Source: an uncultured Alphaproteobacteria bacterium (lineage in GTDB: Bacteria; Pseudomonadota; Alphaproteobacteria; Rhizobiales; Aestuariivirgaceae). From it: DNA of 64,000 nt. The DNA lies in assembly GCA_963805405.1 (NCBI GenBank), contig CAWDUC010000010.1, positions 21,142 to 85,141 of the forward strand, in the 5' to 3' direction. Made by a program: the position numbers and the translations under genes. The notes below the pieces were generated by a model. The model was not told the DNA's origin, searched no databases, and worked only from the letters and a program-made list of their open reading frames with translations. This document shows positions 1 through 10,358 of this stretch, piece by piece (within the stretch, counting starts at the first letter, position 1; each line of letters opens with the position of its first letter).

Positions 1-539
1 GGGATCGAGCTTCCAACGATCAGGAGCAGCGAGAACGGCAATCGAAAGCGCAGATAGAAGGCGAGAGAGGCGAAGAACAGCGCCAGGCACACCACAAGGC
101 TGTCGCCATGGAGGAAGGACCGCAAGAAATCGAGATCCGCAGTCCCTTGCGTTGGAAGCAGGTACGCATATCGCCCTGCCAGCATCACAACCGCGAAAGT
201 GAAGAGCACGGCGAGCACGATGCTCGGCAGAGTATAGCGCTTGATCGCGGTGAGATACTCGGCAAGCCCCCACACGATGATCGGAAAGGCCCAGGACATC
301 GCTACGGCGAAAGGCGTCTCGCCGCTGCCGGCAGTGGTGAGGCCGACGCCCAATAGCACGACGCCGAGTGCTATGAAGAACTCGTTGAAGCTGCGCATGA
401 AGACGAAGCGTTCATCGCGCAGGGTCATCGCCTGCCGCGCATCATGGCGCTTGGTCGGCAGGGCGGCGAGGCTTTCGGCTTGTGCCGCAGTGATGATACC
501 GCTGCGCACCGCCTCGTCGAGGTCGTTGCGCGTCAGCAT
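1..539 (-). CDS. hypothetical integral membrane protein (partial; 3' end beyond window start)
   Basis: My own translation of the minus strand gives an open frame from the ATG at ~539 to position 1: [67 protein letters not shown]... with several hydrophobic helices. It is not in the ORF track because it runs off the edge. Its start lies 1 nt from the hslV stop. Confidence 0.5.
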   Translation of the reverse strand, partial: MLTRNDLDEAVRSGIITAAQAESLAALPTKRHDARQAMTLRDERFVFMRSFNEFFIALGVVLLGVGLTTAGSGETPFAVAMSWAFPIIVWGLAEYLTAIKRYTLPSIVLAVLFTFAVVMLAGRYAYLLPTQGTADLDFLRSFLHGDSLVVCLALFFASLAFYLRFRLPFSLLLIVGSSI

Positions 540-1117
540 TCGAGGCTTTCGACGATGACGGAATTATTGGTGTAGACGCAGATCTCGGCCGCGATCGCCA
601 GGGCCTTGCGGGCGATCGTCTCGGCATCCATGTCGGTTTCGACGAGCGCTTTTGCGGCCGCGAAGCGCATAATTCCCGCCCGAGCCGATGCCGATGAGGC
701 CATGTTCGGGCTCGAGCACATCGCCGGTTCCGGTCAGGACGAGGCTCGCCTGCTTGTCGGCGACGATCATCATCGCCTCGAGCCGCCGTAAATAGCGGTC
801 GGTGCGCCAGTCCTTGGCCAGCTCGACGCAGGCGCGGGTCAATTGCCCCGGAAACCGCTCGAGCTTCGCCTCGAGGCGTTCGAACAAGGTGAAGGCGTCG
901 GCGGTCGCTCCGGCAAAGCCGCCAATGACATCGCCCGATCCTATCCGGCGAACCTTCTTGGCGTTCGATTTGATGATGGTCTGGCCAAGACTGACCTGGC
1001 CATCCCCGGCGATCACGACGCGATTACCCTTCCTCGAACGTCAGGATCGTCGTGCCGTGCCATTGCTGCAGGTTCACTCATTCGGGGTCCAGTTTCGGCC
1101 GTTGTGACGGCGGTCAT
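533..1117 (-). pseudogene. hslV: ATP-dependent protease subunit HslV (reading frame changes at least twice in given sequence)
   Basis: [53 protein letters not shown]...[52 protein letters not shown] in ORF 564..1016; the C-terminus [29 protein letters not shown] is in ORF 533..721; the N-terminus ([11 protein letters not shown] / [11 protein letters not shown]) shifts frame near 1040-1060. Confidence 0.85.
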
Positions 1118-1209
1118 GTAGGGCTTATAGGCCGGCAAGAAAAGCCGGGGCCTTAGTAGCCTATTTATGTTGCGCCTGCTAAGAACCCGCCCGAAACGGG
1201 CAGGACCCC

Positions 1210-1803
1210 ATGCGTAAGGCGAGCGTAAAGCGCAAGACAGGCGAAACCGAGATTGCCGTTTCGGTGGATCTCGACGGCACCGGCGCCTGCCGGATTGCCA
1301 CGGGAATTGGTTTTTTCGACCATATGCTCGAGCTTTTCGGCCGCCATTCACTCATCGACCTTGATGTCGAAGCCAAGGGCGACCTCCATGTCGATTTCCA
1401 TCACACGGTTGAGGATACCGGCATCGCGCTAGGCCAGGCGGTGGCGAAGGCGCTTGGCGACAAGAAGGGCATCCGCCGCTATGCGAGCCTCGATTTGCCG
1501 ATGGACGAGACCTTGACCCGCGTCGCGCTCGATATATCGGGGCGGCCTTATCTCGTCTTCCGCACCGTGTTCTCGCAGCCAAAGATCGGCGAATTCGACA
1601 CCGAACTGGTGCGCGAATGGTTCCAGGCCTTCGCGATCAATGCCGGCGTGACGTTGCATGTCGAGACGCTGTACGGCGACAACAATCACCACATCGCCGA
1701 ATCCTGCTTCAAGGGCCTGGCGCGCGCCTTGCGTATCGCGGTCGAGATCGACCCGCGCCAGGAAGGGCGGATTCCGTCGACCAAGGGATCGTTGTCGGGC
1801 TGA
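1210..1803 (+). CDS. hisB: imidazoleglycerol-phosphate dehydratase
   Basis: Intact 197-aa ORF; [45 protein letters not shown] and [15 protein letters not shown] are HisB signatures. Confidence 0.95.
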   Translation: MRKASVKRKTGETEIAVSVDLDGTGACRIATGIGFFDHMLELFGRHSLIDLDVEAKGDLHVDFHHTVEDTGIALGQAVAKALGDKKGIRRYASLDLPMDETLTRVALDISGRPYLVFRTVFSQPKIGEFDTELVREWFQAFAINAGVTLHVETLYGDNNHHIAESCFKGLARALRIAVEIDPRQEGRIPSTKGSLSG

Positions 1804-2279
1804 TGCCGCGCTATTCCGTCCATGCAAGATCGGCAAAGCCGGATACCATCCGCGCCGAGGCGGACCGCGTTCGCTTCGTCAAGGAAGGCTTCTCCTGGTG
1901 GGGCTTTTTCTTTCCCCTGCCCTGGCTTCTCATCAAGGGCATGTGGGAAGTCCTTGTCCTCGTCATCCTCGCCCTGATTGCCATTGGCGCGGCGAATGCG
2001 GAGCTCTATCTTCCCGATCCTGCGGTTTTGGTGCTCTGCTTCGGCATCAATCTCCTGGTCGGCTTCATCGGCAATGATCTCTATCGCTGGACCTTGCAGC
2101 GCCGCGGCTTGATCGATATCGGTCCCGCTTCGGGAGATGCCCGCGACGAGGCTGAACTGCGTTTCTTCCTCGCATTGCCGGCAGGCGCGCCGGCACCACT
2201 GCCGGTACCGACGACGCTGGCCTCGCCGCAGCCGCGCGACGCGCTAGGCCTTTTCGAGGCGTCGGGAGCAGCGCGATGA
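1803..2279 (+). CDS. DUF2628 domain membrane protein (conserved between hisB and hisH in Rhizobiales)
   Basis: [68 protein letters not shown]...; the start ATG overlaps the hisB stop (TGATG) and the stop overlaps the hisH start (ATGA). Confidence 0.75.
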   Translation: MPRYSVHARSAKPDTIRAEADRVRFVKEGFSWWGFFFPLPWLLIKGMWEVLVLVILALIAIGAANAELYLPDPAVLVLCFGINLLVGFIGNDLYRWTLQRRGLIDIGPASGDARDEAELRFFLALPAGAPAPLPVPTTLASPQPRDALGLFEASGAAR

Positions 2280-2926
2280 ACGTCGCCATCATCGATTATG
2301 GCTCCGGCAATCTTCACTCCGCTGCCAAGGCTTTCGAGCGCGCCGCCATCGACAATGCGATCGACGCGAAGATCGCCGTGGTCTCGGAGGCCGAACGCCT
2401 GCGCGAAGCCGATCGCATCGTGCTGCCCGGTGTCGGCGCCTTCCGCGATTGCCGCGATGGCCTGGACGCGGTGTCCGGCATGCGCGAAGCGCTCGAAGAG
2501 GAAGTAACAAAGCGCGGCAAGCCCTTTCTCGGCATCTGCGTCGGCATGCAGCTCATGGCCGAGCGCGGTCTCGAACATGGCGAGGCGCAAGGCTTGGGCT
2601 GGATTGCCGGCGATGTGGTTGCGATCGAGCCGCGCGATCCCTCCTTCAAGATCCCGCATATGGGTTGGAACACGCTTGAGACGATAAGGCGCCACGCCTT
2701 GCTCGAAGGCATCCCGACGGGTGAAGCCGGAAGGCACGCCTATTTCGTCCATTCTTTTCATCTGCGCCCCGAAAACCTAAGCGATGTCATCGCCCGGACC
2801 GATCACGGCGGCGCCGTCACCGCCATGGTCGGCCGCGACAATATCGCGGGCGTGCAGTTCCATCCCGAGAAGAGCCAGGCGCTTGGTCTCGCCTTGATCG
2901 CCAATTTCCTGCGCTGGAAGCCATGA
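2276..2926 (+). CDS. hisH: imidazole glycerol phosphate synthase, glutamine amidotransferase subunit
   Basis: [23 protein letters not shown]...[14 protein letters not shown]...[14 protein letters not shown]...[10 protein letters not shown]; intact 216 aa. Confidence 0.95.
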   Translation: MNVAIIDYGSGNLHSAAKAFERAAIDNAIDAKIAVVSEAERLREADRIVLPGVGAFRDCRDGLDAVSGMREALEEEVTKRGKPFLGICVGMQLMAERGLEHGEAQGLGWIAGDVVAIEPRDPSFKIPHMGWNTLETIRRHALLEGIPTGEAGRHAYFVHSFHLRPENLSDVIARTDHGGAVTAMVGRDNIAGVQFHPEKSQALGLALIANFLRWKP

Positions 2927-3659
2927 TCCTCTATCCCGCCATCGACCTCAAAGACGGTCAATGCGTGCGCCTGCAGCGGGGCGACATGCAATCGGCGACC
3001 GTCTTCAACACCGATCCGGCAGCCCAAGCACATGCCTTCGAACGCCAGGGCTTTGAATGGCTGCATCTCGTCGATCTCAACGGCGCCTTCGCCGGCAAGC
3101 CGGTCAATGCCGAAGCCGTCGAGAGCGATCCTGAAACGCGTCTCGATTCCCGTGCAGCTTGGCGGCGGCATTCGCGATCTCGCGACGATTGCCCTGTGGC
3201 TCGACCGAGGCGTGCGCCGGGTCATTCTCGGAACGGCAGCGGCGCGAAATCCGGGCCTCGTGCGCGAGGCCGCGAAGCTCTATCCGGGTCGCATCGCGGT
3301 CGGCATCGATGCCCGCAATGGCCAGGTGGCGGTCGAGGGCTGGGGCGAAACCTCGGCACTTTCGGCACGCGATCTGGCGATGCGCTTTAGCGATGCCGGC
3401 ATCGCGGCGATCATTTATACCGACATCGATCGCGACGGCATGCTGCAAGGCATCAATGTCGACGCGACCTTGGCACTCGCTGCGGGCGTTCCGGTTCCGG
3501 TCATCGCGTCGGGCGGCCTTGGCTCGATGGCCGATATCGAGCGGCTTTCGCAGCCCGATTGCGCAAAGCTGGGTGGCGTGATTGCAGGCCGTGCGCTTTA
3601 TGATGGTCGCATCGACCCTGCCCGTGCTCTTGCGATACTTGCCAAGCCGAAAAGTGCCG
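2923..3659 (+). pseudogene. hisA: 1-(5-phosphoribosyl)-5-[(5-phosphoribosylamino)methylideneamino]imidazole-4-carboxamide isomerase HisA (frameshift ~3110-3130; no stop before downstream SDR)
   Basis: N-terminus [22 protein letters not shown]...[20 protein letters not shown] is in ORF 2923..3390; the remainder [38 protein letters not shown]...[16 protein letters not shown]...[24 protein letters not shown] is in the ORF-3032 frame and reads straight into the SDR ATG at 3662 with no stop. Confidence 0.85.
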
Positions 3660-3661
3660 GC

Positions 3662-4405
3662 ATGAGCACCCGGGTCATCATCGTCACTGGCGGCAGCCGC
3701 GGCATCGGTGCCGCCGTCTCGCGCGCCGCGGCAAAGGAAGGCTATCGCGTCGCCATCAATTATACGAGCCGCCGCGAGCCGGCTGAGAAACTTGTCGCCG
3801 AGATCGAAGCTGCCGGCGGCAACGCCATCGCCGTCAAGGGCGATGTTTCAAGGCATGACGACGTCGTTGCCATGTTCGACACCGCGGAAAAAGCATTTGG
3901 CCCCGTCACTGCCGTCATCAACAATGCCGGCATTACCGGAAAGAGCGGCCCGCTCGCCAAGGCCGATCCGGCTGTCATCCGCGAATGCATCGATATCAAT
4001 GTGACGGGCGCCATCTATGTGGCGCGCGAGGCGGCGCGCCGCATGCTGCCGCGCAAATCCGGTATCATCATCAATATTTCCTCGGCCGCCTCCACCATGG
4101 GCAGTCCCGGCGAATATGTTTGGTACGCGGCCTCGAAGGGCGCGATCGATAGCCTGACCATCGGCCTCGCCAAGGAACTCGCGATCCACGGCATTCGCGT
4201 CAATGCCGTGCAGCCGGGCATGGTCGAGACCGAGATTCATGCCTTGTCGAGCGAGGATGCTGACCGTGTCGAGCGCATCAGGCCGAATATCCCGATGCAG
4301 CGCATCGGCAAACCGGAAGAAATCGCCGATGCCGTCATGTATCTCTTGAGCGACCGATCGACTTACGTGACGGGTGCGATATTGCGAGTGTCGGGCGGCC
4401 GCTGA
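3662..4405 (+). CDS. SDR family NAD(P)-dependent oxidoreductase (inserted between hisA and hisF)
   Basis: [19 protein letters not shown] (TGxxxGIG Rossmann motif), NNAG, and the S...YxxxK catalytic arrangement (ISSAAS...[12 protein letters not shown]), IRVNAVQPG; ~247 aa. Confidence 0.85.
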   Translation: MSTRVIIVTGGSRGIGAAVSRAAAKEGYRVAINYTSRREPAEKLVAEIEAAGGNAIAVKGDVSRHDDVVAMFDTAEKAFGPVTAVINNAGITGKSGPLAKADPAVIRECIDINVTGAIYVAREAARRMLPRKSGIIINISSAASTMGSPGEYVWYAASKGAIDSLTIGLAKELAIHGIRVNAVQPGMVETEIHALSSEDADRVERIRPNIPMQRIGKPEEIADAVMYLLSDRSTYVTGAILRVSGGR

Positions 4406-4409
4406 CACC

Positions 4410-5172
4410 ATGTTGAAAGTCCGCATCATTCCCTGTCTCGATGTGAAGGACGGCCGTGTCGTCAAGGGCGTCAACTTCGTCGATCTGCGCGATGCCGGCG
4501 ACCCGGTCGAGGCCGCCAAGGCCTATGACGCGGCGGGTGCGGATGAATTGTGCTTCCTCGATATTACCGCGAGCCATGAGAATCGCGGCATCATCTTCGA
4601 TGTCGTGAGCCGCACGGCGGAAGCCTGCTTCATGCCCTTGACGGTGGGCGGCGGCGTGCGCGAGACGGCGGACATCCGGAAATTGCTGCTGGCAGGCGCC
4701 GACAAGGTATCGATCAACACGGCGGCTGTCCTCGACCGTGCTTTCGTTGGCAGGGCTGCGGAGAAATTCGGTAGCCAATGCATCGTCGTGGCGATCGATG
4801 CCAAGAGCGTAGCACCTGGCCATTATGAAATCTTCACCCATGGCGGCCGCCGTGCCGACCGGCATCGATGCTGTTCAATTCGCGCGCGAAGTCGTGGCGC
4901 TGGGTGCGGGCGAAATACTCCTGACCTCGATGGATCGCGACGGCACCGGCCGGGGCTTCGACGTGGCGTTGACGCGGGCCATCGCCGATGCGGTCACCGT
5001 GCCGGTCATTGCCTCGGGCGGCGTCGGCACGCTTGATCACCTGGTCGAAGGCGTGCGCGATGGCGGCGCGGCTGCGGTGCTGGCCGCCTCGATCTTTCAT
5101 TTCGGCACTTACACGATTGGCGAGGCCAAGCGCCATATGGCCAATTATGCTATTCCGATGCGCATGAACTGA
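4410..5172 (+). pseudogene. hisF: imidazole glycerol phosphate synthase cyclase subunit HisF (frameshift ~4840)
   Basis: [55 protein letters not shown]...CIVVAIDAK in the ORF-4374 frame; [53 protein letters not shown] is in ORF 4825..5172. Confidence 0.88.
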
Positions 5173-5190
5173 GCGGCGAAGGAAAATCCG

Positions 5191-5523
5191 ATGACCGATC
5201 ACAAGCTCGAAGTTTTGGCTGAACTCGCCGACACGGTGGCGGCGCGCCGCAATGCGTCGCCCGATGTCTCGTATACGGCGAAGCTATTGTCGCAGGGGAT
5301 CGAGAAATGCGCCAAGAAAGTCGGCGAGGAAGCGGTCGAGACCGCCATGGCCGCGGTAAAGGGCGATCGCGCCCATTTGCGCACCGAGGCAGCCGATCTC
5401 TTTTACCACCTCATCGTCCTTCTTGAAGTCTCCGGCACGCCGCTTTCGGACGTCATGAGCGAATTGGCCAAGCGCGTCGGCACCAGCGGCATTGCCGAGA
5501 AGGCCGGCCGCAAGACGGTCTGA
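5191..5523 (+). CDS. hisE: phosphoribosyl-ATP pyrophosphatase
   Basis: [50 protein letters not shown]...[11 protein letters not shown]; 110 aa. Confidence 0.92.
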   Translation: MTDHKLEVLAELADTVAARRNASPDVSYTAKLLSQGIEKCAKKVGEEAVETAMAAVKGDRAHLRTEAADLFYHLIVLLEVSGTPLSDVMSELAKRVGTSGIAEKAGRKTV

Positions 5524-5525
5524 TC

Positions 5526-6476
5526 ATGGAACAGCTCGCCAAGCAGGTCTCGCCCTTCCGCCGCTTCTCGCGCGAGGAATGGGCGAAACTGCGCGCCGAT
5601 ACGCCGCTCACTCTCGACCAGAGCGATCTCGACGAATTGAGGAGCTTGAACGATCGCATCGATCTCGACGAGATCGTGGCGATCTATCTTCCCTTGTCGC
5701 GCCTGCTCAATCTCTATGTCGCGGCGACCCAGGAACTTTTCCGCGCCACGCATCACTTCCTCCACATCGACAATCCGAAAGTGCCCTATGTCATCGGCAT
5801 GGCGGGAAGCGTCGCCGTCGGCAAGAGTACCACCGCGCGCATCCTGCAGCGGCTCCTCGCGCGCTGGCCGAACCACCCCAAGGTCGATCTTCTGACGACG
5901 GACGGTTTTCTGATGCCGAACGAAGTACTCGAGCGCGAAGGCTTGATGAGCCGCAAGGGCTTCCCCGAAAGCTACGATCTGCCGGCGATCTTGCGGGTCA
6001 TGTCGGAGATCAAGGCGGGAAGGCGCAATGTCGCGGCACCGATCTATTCGCATCTGAGCTACAATGTGCTGAAGGGCGAGCGGCAGATCATCGATCAGCC
6101 GGATATCCTGATCGTCGAAGGCTTGAACGTTCTGCAGACCGGCCGGCCGCCGCGCGACGGGCGTGGCATTCCCAACGTCTCCGATTTCTTCGACTTCTCC
6201 GTCTATATCGATGCCGATCTCGAGGATCTCCGAAGCTGGTATGTCGATCGCTTCTTTTCCTTGCGCGATACTGCCTTCAAGAATCCGAAATCATACTTCC
6301 ATCGCTATTCGGATCTGTCCGACAAGGAAGCGCGCTCGATCGCCAGCCGCATCTGGGAGACGATCAATCTCGTGAACCTGCGCGAAAATGTATTGCCCAC
6401 CCGCCAGCGCGCCGATCTCATCCTGCGCAAGGGCCACGACCACGTCATCCGCGGCGTCTGGCTCAGGAAGCTTTAG
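5526..6476 (+). CDS. coaA: type I pantothenate kinase
   Basis: [42 protein letters not shown] (P-loop), [11 protein letters not shown]; 316 aa, intact. Confidence 0.93.
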   Translation: MEQLAKQVSPFRRFSREEWAKLRADTPLTLDQSDLDELRSLNDRIDLDEIVAIYLPLSRLLNLYVAATQELFRATHHFLHIDNPKVPYVIGMAGSVAVGKSTTARILQRLLARWPNHPKVDLLTTDGFLMPNEVLEREGLMSRKGFPESYDLPAILRVMSEIKAGRRNVAAPIYSHLSYNVLKGERQIIDQPDILIVEGLNVLQTGRPPRDGRGIPNVSDFFDFSVYIDADLEDLRSWYVDRFFSLRDTAFKNPKSYFHRYSDLSDKEARSIASRIWETINLVNLRENVLPTRQRADLILRKGHDHVIRGVWLRKL

Positions 6477-6480
6477 CCGT

Positions 6481-7473
6481 TCACATCAACCCGTGCTTCT
6501 TCGCGTGCTCGGCGAGATTCACTTCCGGACGCGCCCCGATATGCGAGATGACTTCCGCTGCCGCGAGGCCACCGAGCCTCGCGCAGTGATCGAGCGGCTT
6601 GCCATGCGTGTATCCATAGAGAAACCCTGAGGCGAAGAGATCGCCGGCCCCCGTCGCATCGACGAGTTTCTTGATCGGATACGCCGGAACCGTGTGGAGC
6701 GTATCGCCGGATACCACGACACAGCCCTTTTCCGAACGCGTCAGGACCGCGATCTCGCAGTCTTCCGCCGCAAGCTCGAGTGCGGTGCTGAAATCGTCAG
6801 TCTGGTAAAGCGAGATGATCTCCGTCTCGTTTGCGAAGACGATGTCGATCTGGTTCTTGATGAGATCGAGGAAGCTGTCGCGATGCCGGTCGACGCAGAA
6901 GGAATCGGAAAGCGTGATCGCCGTCTTGCGTCCCGCCTGCGCGCGCGATCGCCGCGGCCTTGACGAAGGCTTCCTTCGCTTCCGGCCGGTCCCACAGATA
7001 GCCTTCCATGTAGGTGACGGCGGCGCCCGCGACGATCTCGGGCACGATATCGGCGACGGTCAGGTTCACGCAGGCGCCGAGATAGGTATTCATCGTGCGC
7101 TCGCCGTCTGGCGTCACCAGGATGAAGCTCCTCGCCGTTGCCGGGCCGTCGACGGCGCGGGCCGAATCGAAATGCACGCCCTGCGCGCGCAAATCATGGC
7201 CGAAGAGATCGCCCATCTGGTCCTGCTTGATCTTGCCGAAATAGGCCGAGCGGCCTCCGAAGGAGGCGATGCCCGCCGCGGTATTGCCGGCCGAGCCGCC
7301 GGAGATCACCGTCGCCGGTCCCATGTCGGCAGAACAGTTCCTCCGCCATTGTCTCGTCGATCAAGCGCATCATGCCCTTGGCAGACCTGGTGCTTTTCGA
7401 GGAACCGCTCATCGACGCGGGCGAGGACATCGACAATGGCATTGCCGATGGAGAGGACGTCAAAACGCGTTAG
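6481..7473 (-). pseudogene. PfkB-family carbohydrate/adenosine kinase (at least 3 frame changes)
   Basis: N-terminus MSLTRFDVLSIGNAIVDVLARVDERFL (ATG ~7473), then KGMMRLIDETMAEELF in a second frame, then MGPATVISGGSAGNTAAGIASFGGRSAYFG...TPDGERTMNTYLGAC...VTYMEGYLWDRPEAKEA in ORF 6797..7324; the C-terminus DATGAGDLFASGFLYGYTHGKPLDHCARLGGLAAAEVISHIGARP is in ORF 6481..6717. Confidence 0.8.
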
Positions 7474-7563
7474 CGACATGGGAAGCCTTGGAAGAATGCG
7501 GGAATTCAGCCGATAGACGATGCCTCTTGTCGCCGCAAGGGAGGCTGATTATCTCTCAGCGCC

Positions 7564-8229
7564 ATGATACGGGCAGCTTTCAAGGCGCTTCAGGATCTCC
7601 TTTCGCCGGAGTTTCGCGGCATTCTGTTCAAGGCCCTGGGCCTGACGCTCCTGCTCTTCATCGCCGTTTTCGTCGCCGTCGAGATCATCCTCACATCCTT
7701 GACCCTCGTTCCCTGGGATTGGGCGGAGAACCTGATCGCGGTCATCGCCGGGCTTGGGCTTCTCGTCGCCTTCTTCTTCCTCGCGACGCCCGTGACGGCG
7801 ATGTTCGCCGGGCTCTTCCTCGACCGGGTCGCGGGCTTTGTCGAGAAGCGGCACTATCCGCGCGATCCGCCGGGCGTCGATCTGCCATTGCGCCAGGCGA
7901 TCACCACTGCCTTGCAATTCGCGGTGATCATCCTGCTCGTCAATCTGGCGATCCTGCCGGCGATCTTTTTCGGCATTGGCGCCATCGGCCTCGTCATCGC
8001 CAATGCCTATTTGTTAAGCCGCGAATATTTCGAGATGGCGGCGATGCGCTATATGGATGTCGAGGATGCCAAGGAATTCCGCCGCATCAACTCGCCGCAA
8101 GTCCTGATGTCGGGCTTTATCCCGGCGCTCCTGGCGCTCGTTCCGATCGTCAACCTCGTCGTGCCGCTCTTCGCGACCTCATACTTCATGCACATCCTCA
8201 AAGGGATGCGGAGGCGGTCTTCGGCGTGA
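7564..8229 (+). CDS. CysZ/EI24-family membrane protein (putative sulfate transporter family)
   Basis: 221 aa, multiple TM helices; LPLRQAITTALQFAVIILLVNLAILPAIFFGIGAIGLVIANAYLLSREYFEMAAMRYM resembles the PF07264 (EI24/CysZ) fold family; the C-terminal 10 aa are uncertain. Confidence 0.65.
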   Translation: MIRAAFKALQDLLSPEFRGILFKALGLTLLLFIAVFVAVEIILTSLTLVPWDWAENLIAVIAGLGLLVAFFFLATPVTAMFAGLFLDRVAGFVEKRHYPRDPPGVDLPLRQAITTALQFAVIILLVNLAILPAIFFGIGAIGLVIANAYLLSREYFEMAAMRYMDVEDAKEFRRINSPQVLMSGFIPALLALVPIVNLVVPLFATSYFMHILKGMRRRSSA

Positions 8230-8861
8230 AGCAGGCAGATGTCGGCGATCAGGCAATTGTAGCAGCGCGGCTTGCGCGCCAGGCACACATAGCGCCCATG
8301 CAGGATCAGCCAGTGATGCGCATGAAGCTTGTACTTTGACGGCACGATCTTCTCGAGCCCCATTTCCACTTCGTAGGGCGTCTTGCCCGGCGCCATGCCG
8401 GTGCGGTTGCCGACCCTGAAAATATGCGTGTCGACGGCAATCGTCGGTTCGTTGAAGGCGATGTTGAGCACGACATTGGCGGTCTTGCGCCCGACTCCCG
8501 GCAGGGCTTCCAGTGCGGCGCGCTCGCGCGGGACTTCGCTTCCATGCTGTGCGATGAGCGCCTTTGACAGCCCGATCACATTCTTGGCCTTGGTGCGATA
8601 GAGCCCGATCGTCTTGATGAGGTCGCGTACCTTGTCTTCGCCGAGCGCGAGCATCTTCTCGGGCGTATCGGCAAGCTGGAACAGAGCCGGCGTCGCCTTG
8701 TTGACGCCGGCATCGGTCGCCTGCGCGGAGAGCACCACCGCGACCAGCAATGTGAAGGCGTTGAGGGAATTGAGTTCGCCTTTGGGATGGGGATCGGCTG
8801 CCGCGAAACGCTTGAAGATTTCCTCGACCTGCGCCGGCTTGAGCCGCCTCGCCTTCGCCAT
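8196..8861 (-). pseudogene. nth: endonuclease III (frameshift near C-terminus ~8240, causing read-through to 8049)
   Basis: TLLVAVVLSAQATDAGVNKATPALF...LPGVGRKTANVVLNIAFNEPTIAVDTHIFRVGNRTG (HhH-GPD) and the C-x6-C-xx-C 4Fe-4S loop CLARKPRCYNCLIADIC; an alternate frame gives the canonical end CLFTPKTASASL*. Confidence 0.85.
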
Positions 8862-8919
8862 GATGCCCCGTCCAATATGCCGCCTTCCTGCCTAGCCCGA
8901 TTGGCGTTTAGAACCAAGC

Positions 8920-9387
8920 ATGGCCGCGACCGAAACCAAGTTTCTCCTCACCCCGCATCGCTCCTTGTCGCGCAAGGGTTTTCTCATGGTGATGGGGACG
9001 ATCGCCGGGCTGAATCTCATTGGCGGCACCGCCTTCTGGCTGCTGGGCGCCTGGCCGGTCGTCGGCTTCATGGGGCTCGATGTCCTGCTCATCTGGTGGG
9101 CCTTCAAGGCGAATTTCGCTGCCGCCCGCCGCGCCGAGCGGATCGAGGTCACCGATCACGAACTGATCCTCGAACGCCTCTTGCCCGGCCGTCCGCCCTT
9201 GGAGAGCCGCTTTGTCCGCGGCTGGGTCAGGGTCGAACTGGAAGAAGACCAGGCTCGCGAATTGATTGGCCGTCTATTTCTCAATTCCCGTCACAAGCGC
9301 ACCGAGATCGGCTCGTTCCTCAGCCCTGCCGAGCGAAAGACGCTCGCCGGCGCCCTCAAACAGGCCTTGGCGCGCCCCCATATCTGA
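8920..9387 (+). CDS. DUF2244 domain membrane protein
   Basis: MAATETKFLLTPHRSLSRKGFLMVMGTIAGLNLIGGTAFWLLGAWPVVGFMGLDVLLIWWAFKANF...; two TM helices; 155 aa. Confidence 0.7.
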   Translation: MAATETKFLLTPHRSLSRKGFLMVMGTIAGLNLIGGTAFWLLGAWPVVGFMGLDVLLIWWAFKANFAAARRAERIEVTDHELILERLLPGRPPLESRFVRGWVRVELEEDQARELIGRLFLNSRHKRTEIGSFLSPAERKTLAGALKQALARPHI

Positions 9388-9435
9388 GCAAGAATCGGGT
9401 GGGCAGGGACTGTCCCGACCATTATTTTCGTATCA

Positions 9436-10304
9436 TGAACATGATCGACATCACCTCATCCCCCGCCCGCGACTATGCGCTGGTGAAACAGACCTTGGGC
9501 TTCATCAAGGAAAACTGGCGCGAACAACCAACGCTCGAGACCATTGCCGACCAGGCTGGCCTCTCGCCCCATCATCTGCAGCGCCTCTTCACCCGTTGGG
9601 CCGGTCTCTCGCCCAAGGCCTTCCTCCAGGCGGTCACGCTTGACCACGCCAGGGGCCTGTTGCGCGATTCGGCCTCGATCTTGGATACGGCTTACGAGGT
9701 CGGCCTCTCCGGCCCCGGCCGCCTCCATGATCTCTTCGTCACCCATGAAGGCATGTCGCCCGGCCTCTACAAGGCCAAGGGCAAGGGCCTCGTCATCCAG
9801 TATGGCTTCCACGCCTGTCCGTTCGGCAATGCATTGGTGATGATCACCGACCAGGGCTTGGCCGGGCTCGCCTTTGCCGATGACGGCGACGAGAAGGCAG
9901 CGCTTGCCGACATGACCTCCCGCTGGAAGGAGGCTGACTATGTCGAGGACCATGCAGCAACAGCGCCCTATGCCGAGCGCATCTTCAAGCCGGAAAACTG
10001 GCGCCCCGACGAGCCTTTGCGCGTCGTCTTCATCGGCACCGATTTCGAGATCAGGGTGTGGGAGACATTGCTGCGCATCCCGTTGGGCCGTCGCACCAGC
10101 TATTCCGACATTGCCGCGCATCTGGGCAAGCCGTCGGCGGCGCGCGCCGTCGGCACCGCGGTCGGCCGCAATCCGGTTTCATTCGTCGTCCCGTGTCATC
10201 GCGTGATGGGAAAATCCGGAAGCCTCTGCGGTTATCACTGGGGCCTGACGCGCAAACGCGCCATCCTCGGCTGGGAAGCAGGCGTTGCTGCAAGCGCCGC
10301 TTAG
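9436..10304 (+). CDS. bifunctional AraC-type HTH regulator / methylated-DNA-[protein]-cysteine S-methyltransferase (Ada-like)
   Basis: N-terminal AraC HTH (TLETIADQAGLSPHHLQRLFTRWAGLSPKAFLQAVTL) plus C-terminal MGMT active site IPLGRRTSYSDIAAHLGKPSAARAVGTAVGRNPVSFVVPCHRVMGKSG (PCHRV motif). The true start is the internal ATG of the long ORF 8787..10304. Confidence 0.85.
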
Positions 10305-10317
10305 CGTATTTACAGAC

Positions 10318-10352
10318 TTCTCCCTCCTCGACGCGTAGCGTTGGGGAGGGAG
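10318..10352. terminator. bidirectional terminator hairpin between convergent ada-like and mttB-like genes
   Basis: tctccctcc-(17 nt loop)-ggagggaga, a perfect 9-bp stem. Confidence 0.5.
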
Positions 10353-10358
10353 AGATCG

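Noticed and set aside
5492-6589. 365-aa ORF overlapping coaA out of frame
   Set aside because: Arg/Pro/Ser-rich, no motifs; coaA in the other frame is intact with a P-loop.
8787-10304. 505-aa plus-strand ORF
   Set aside because: Only the last ~290 aa (from the ATG at 9436) form the AraC-HTH/MGMT protein. The upstream part overlaps the DUF2244 gene in another frame and is Arg/Pro-rich nonsense.
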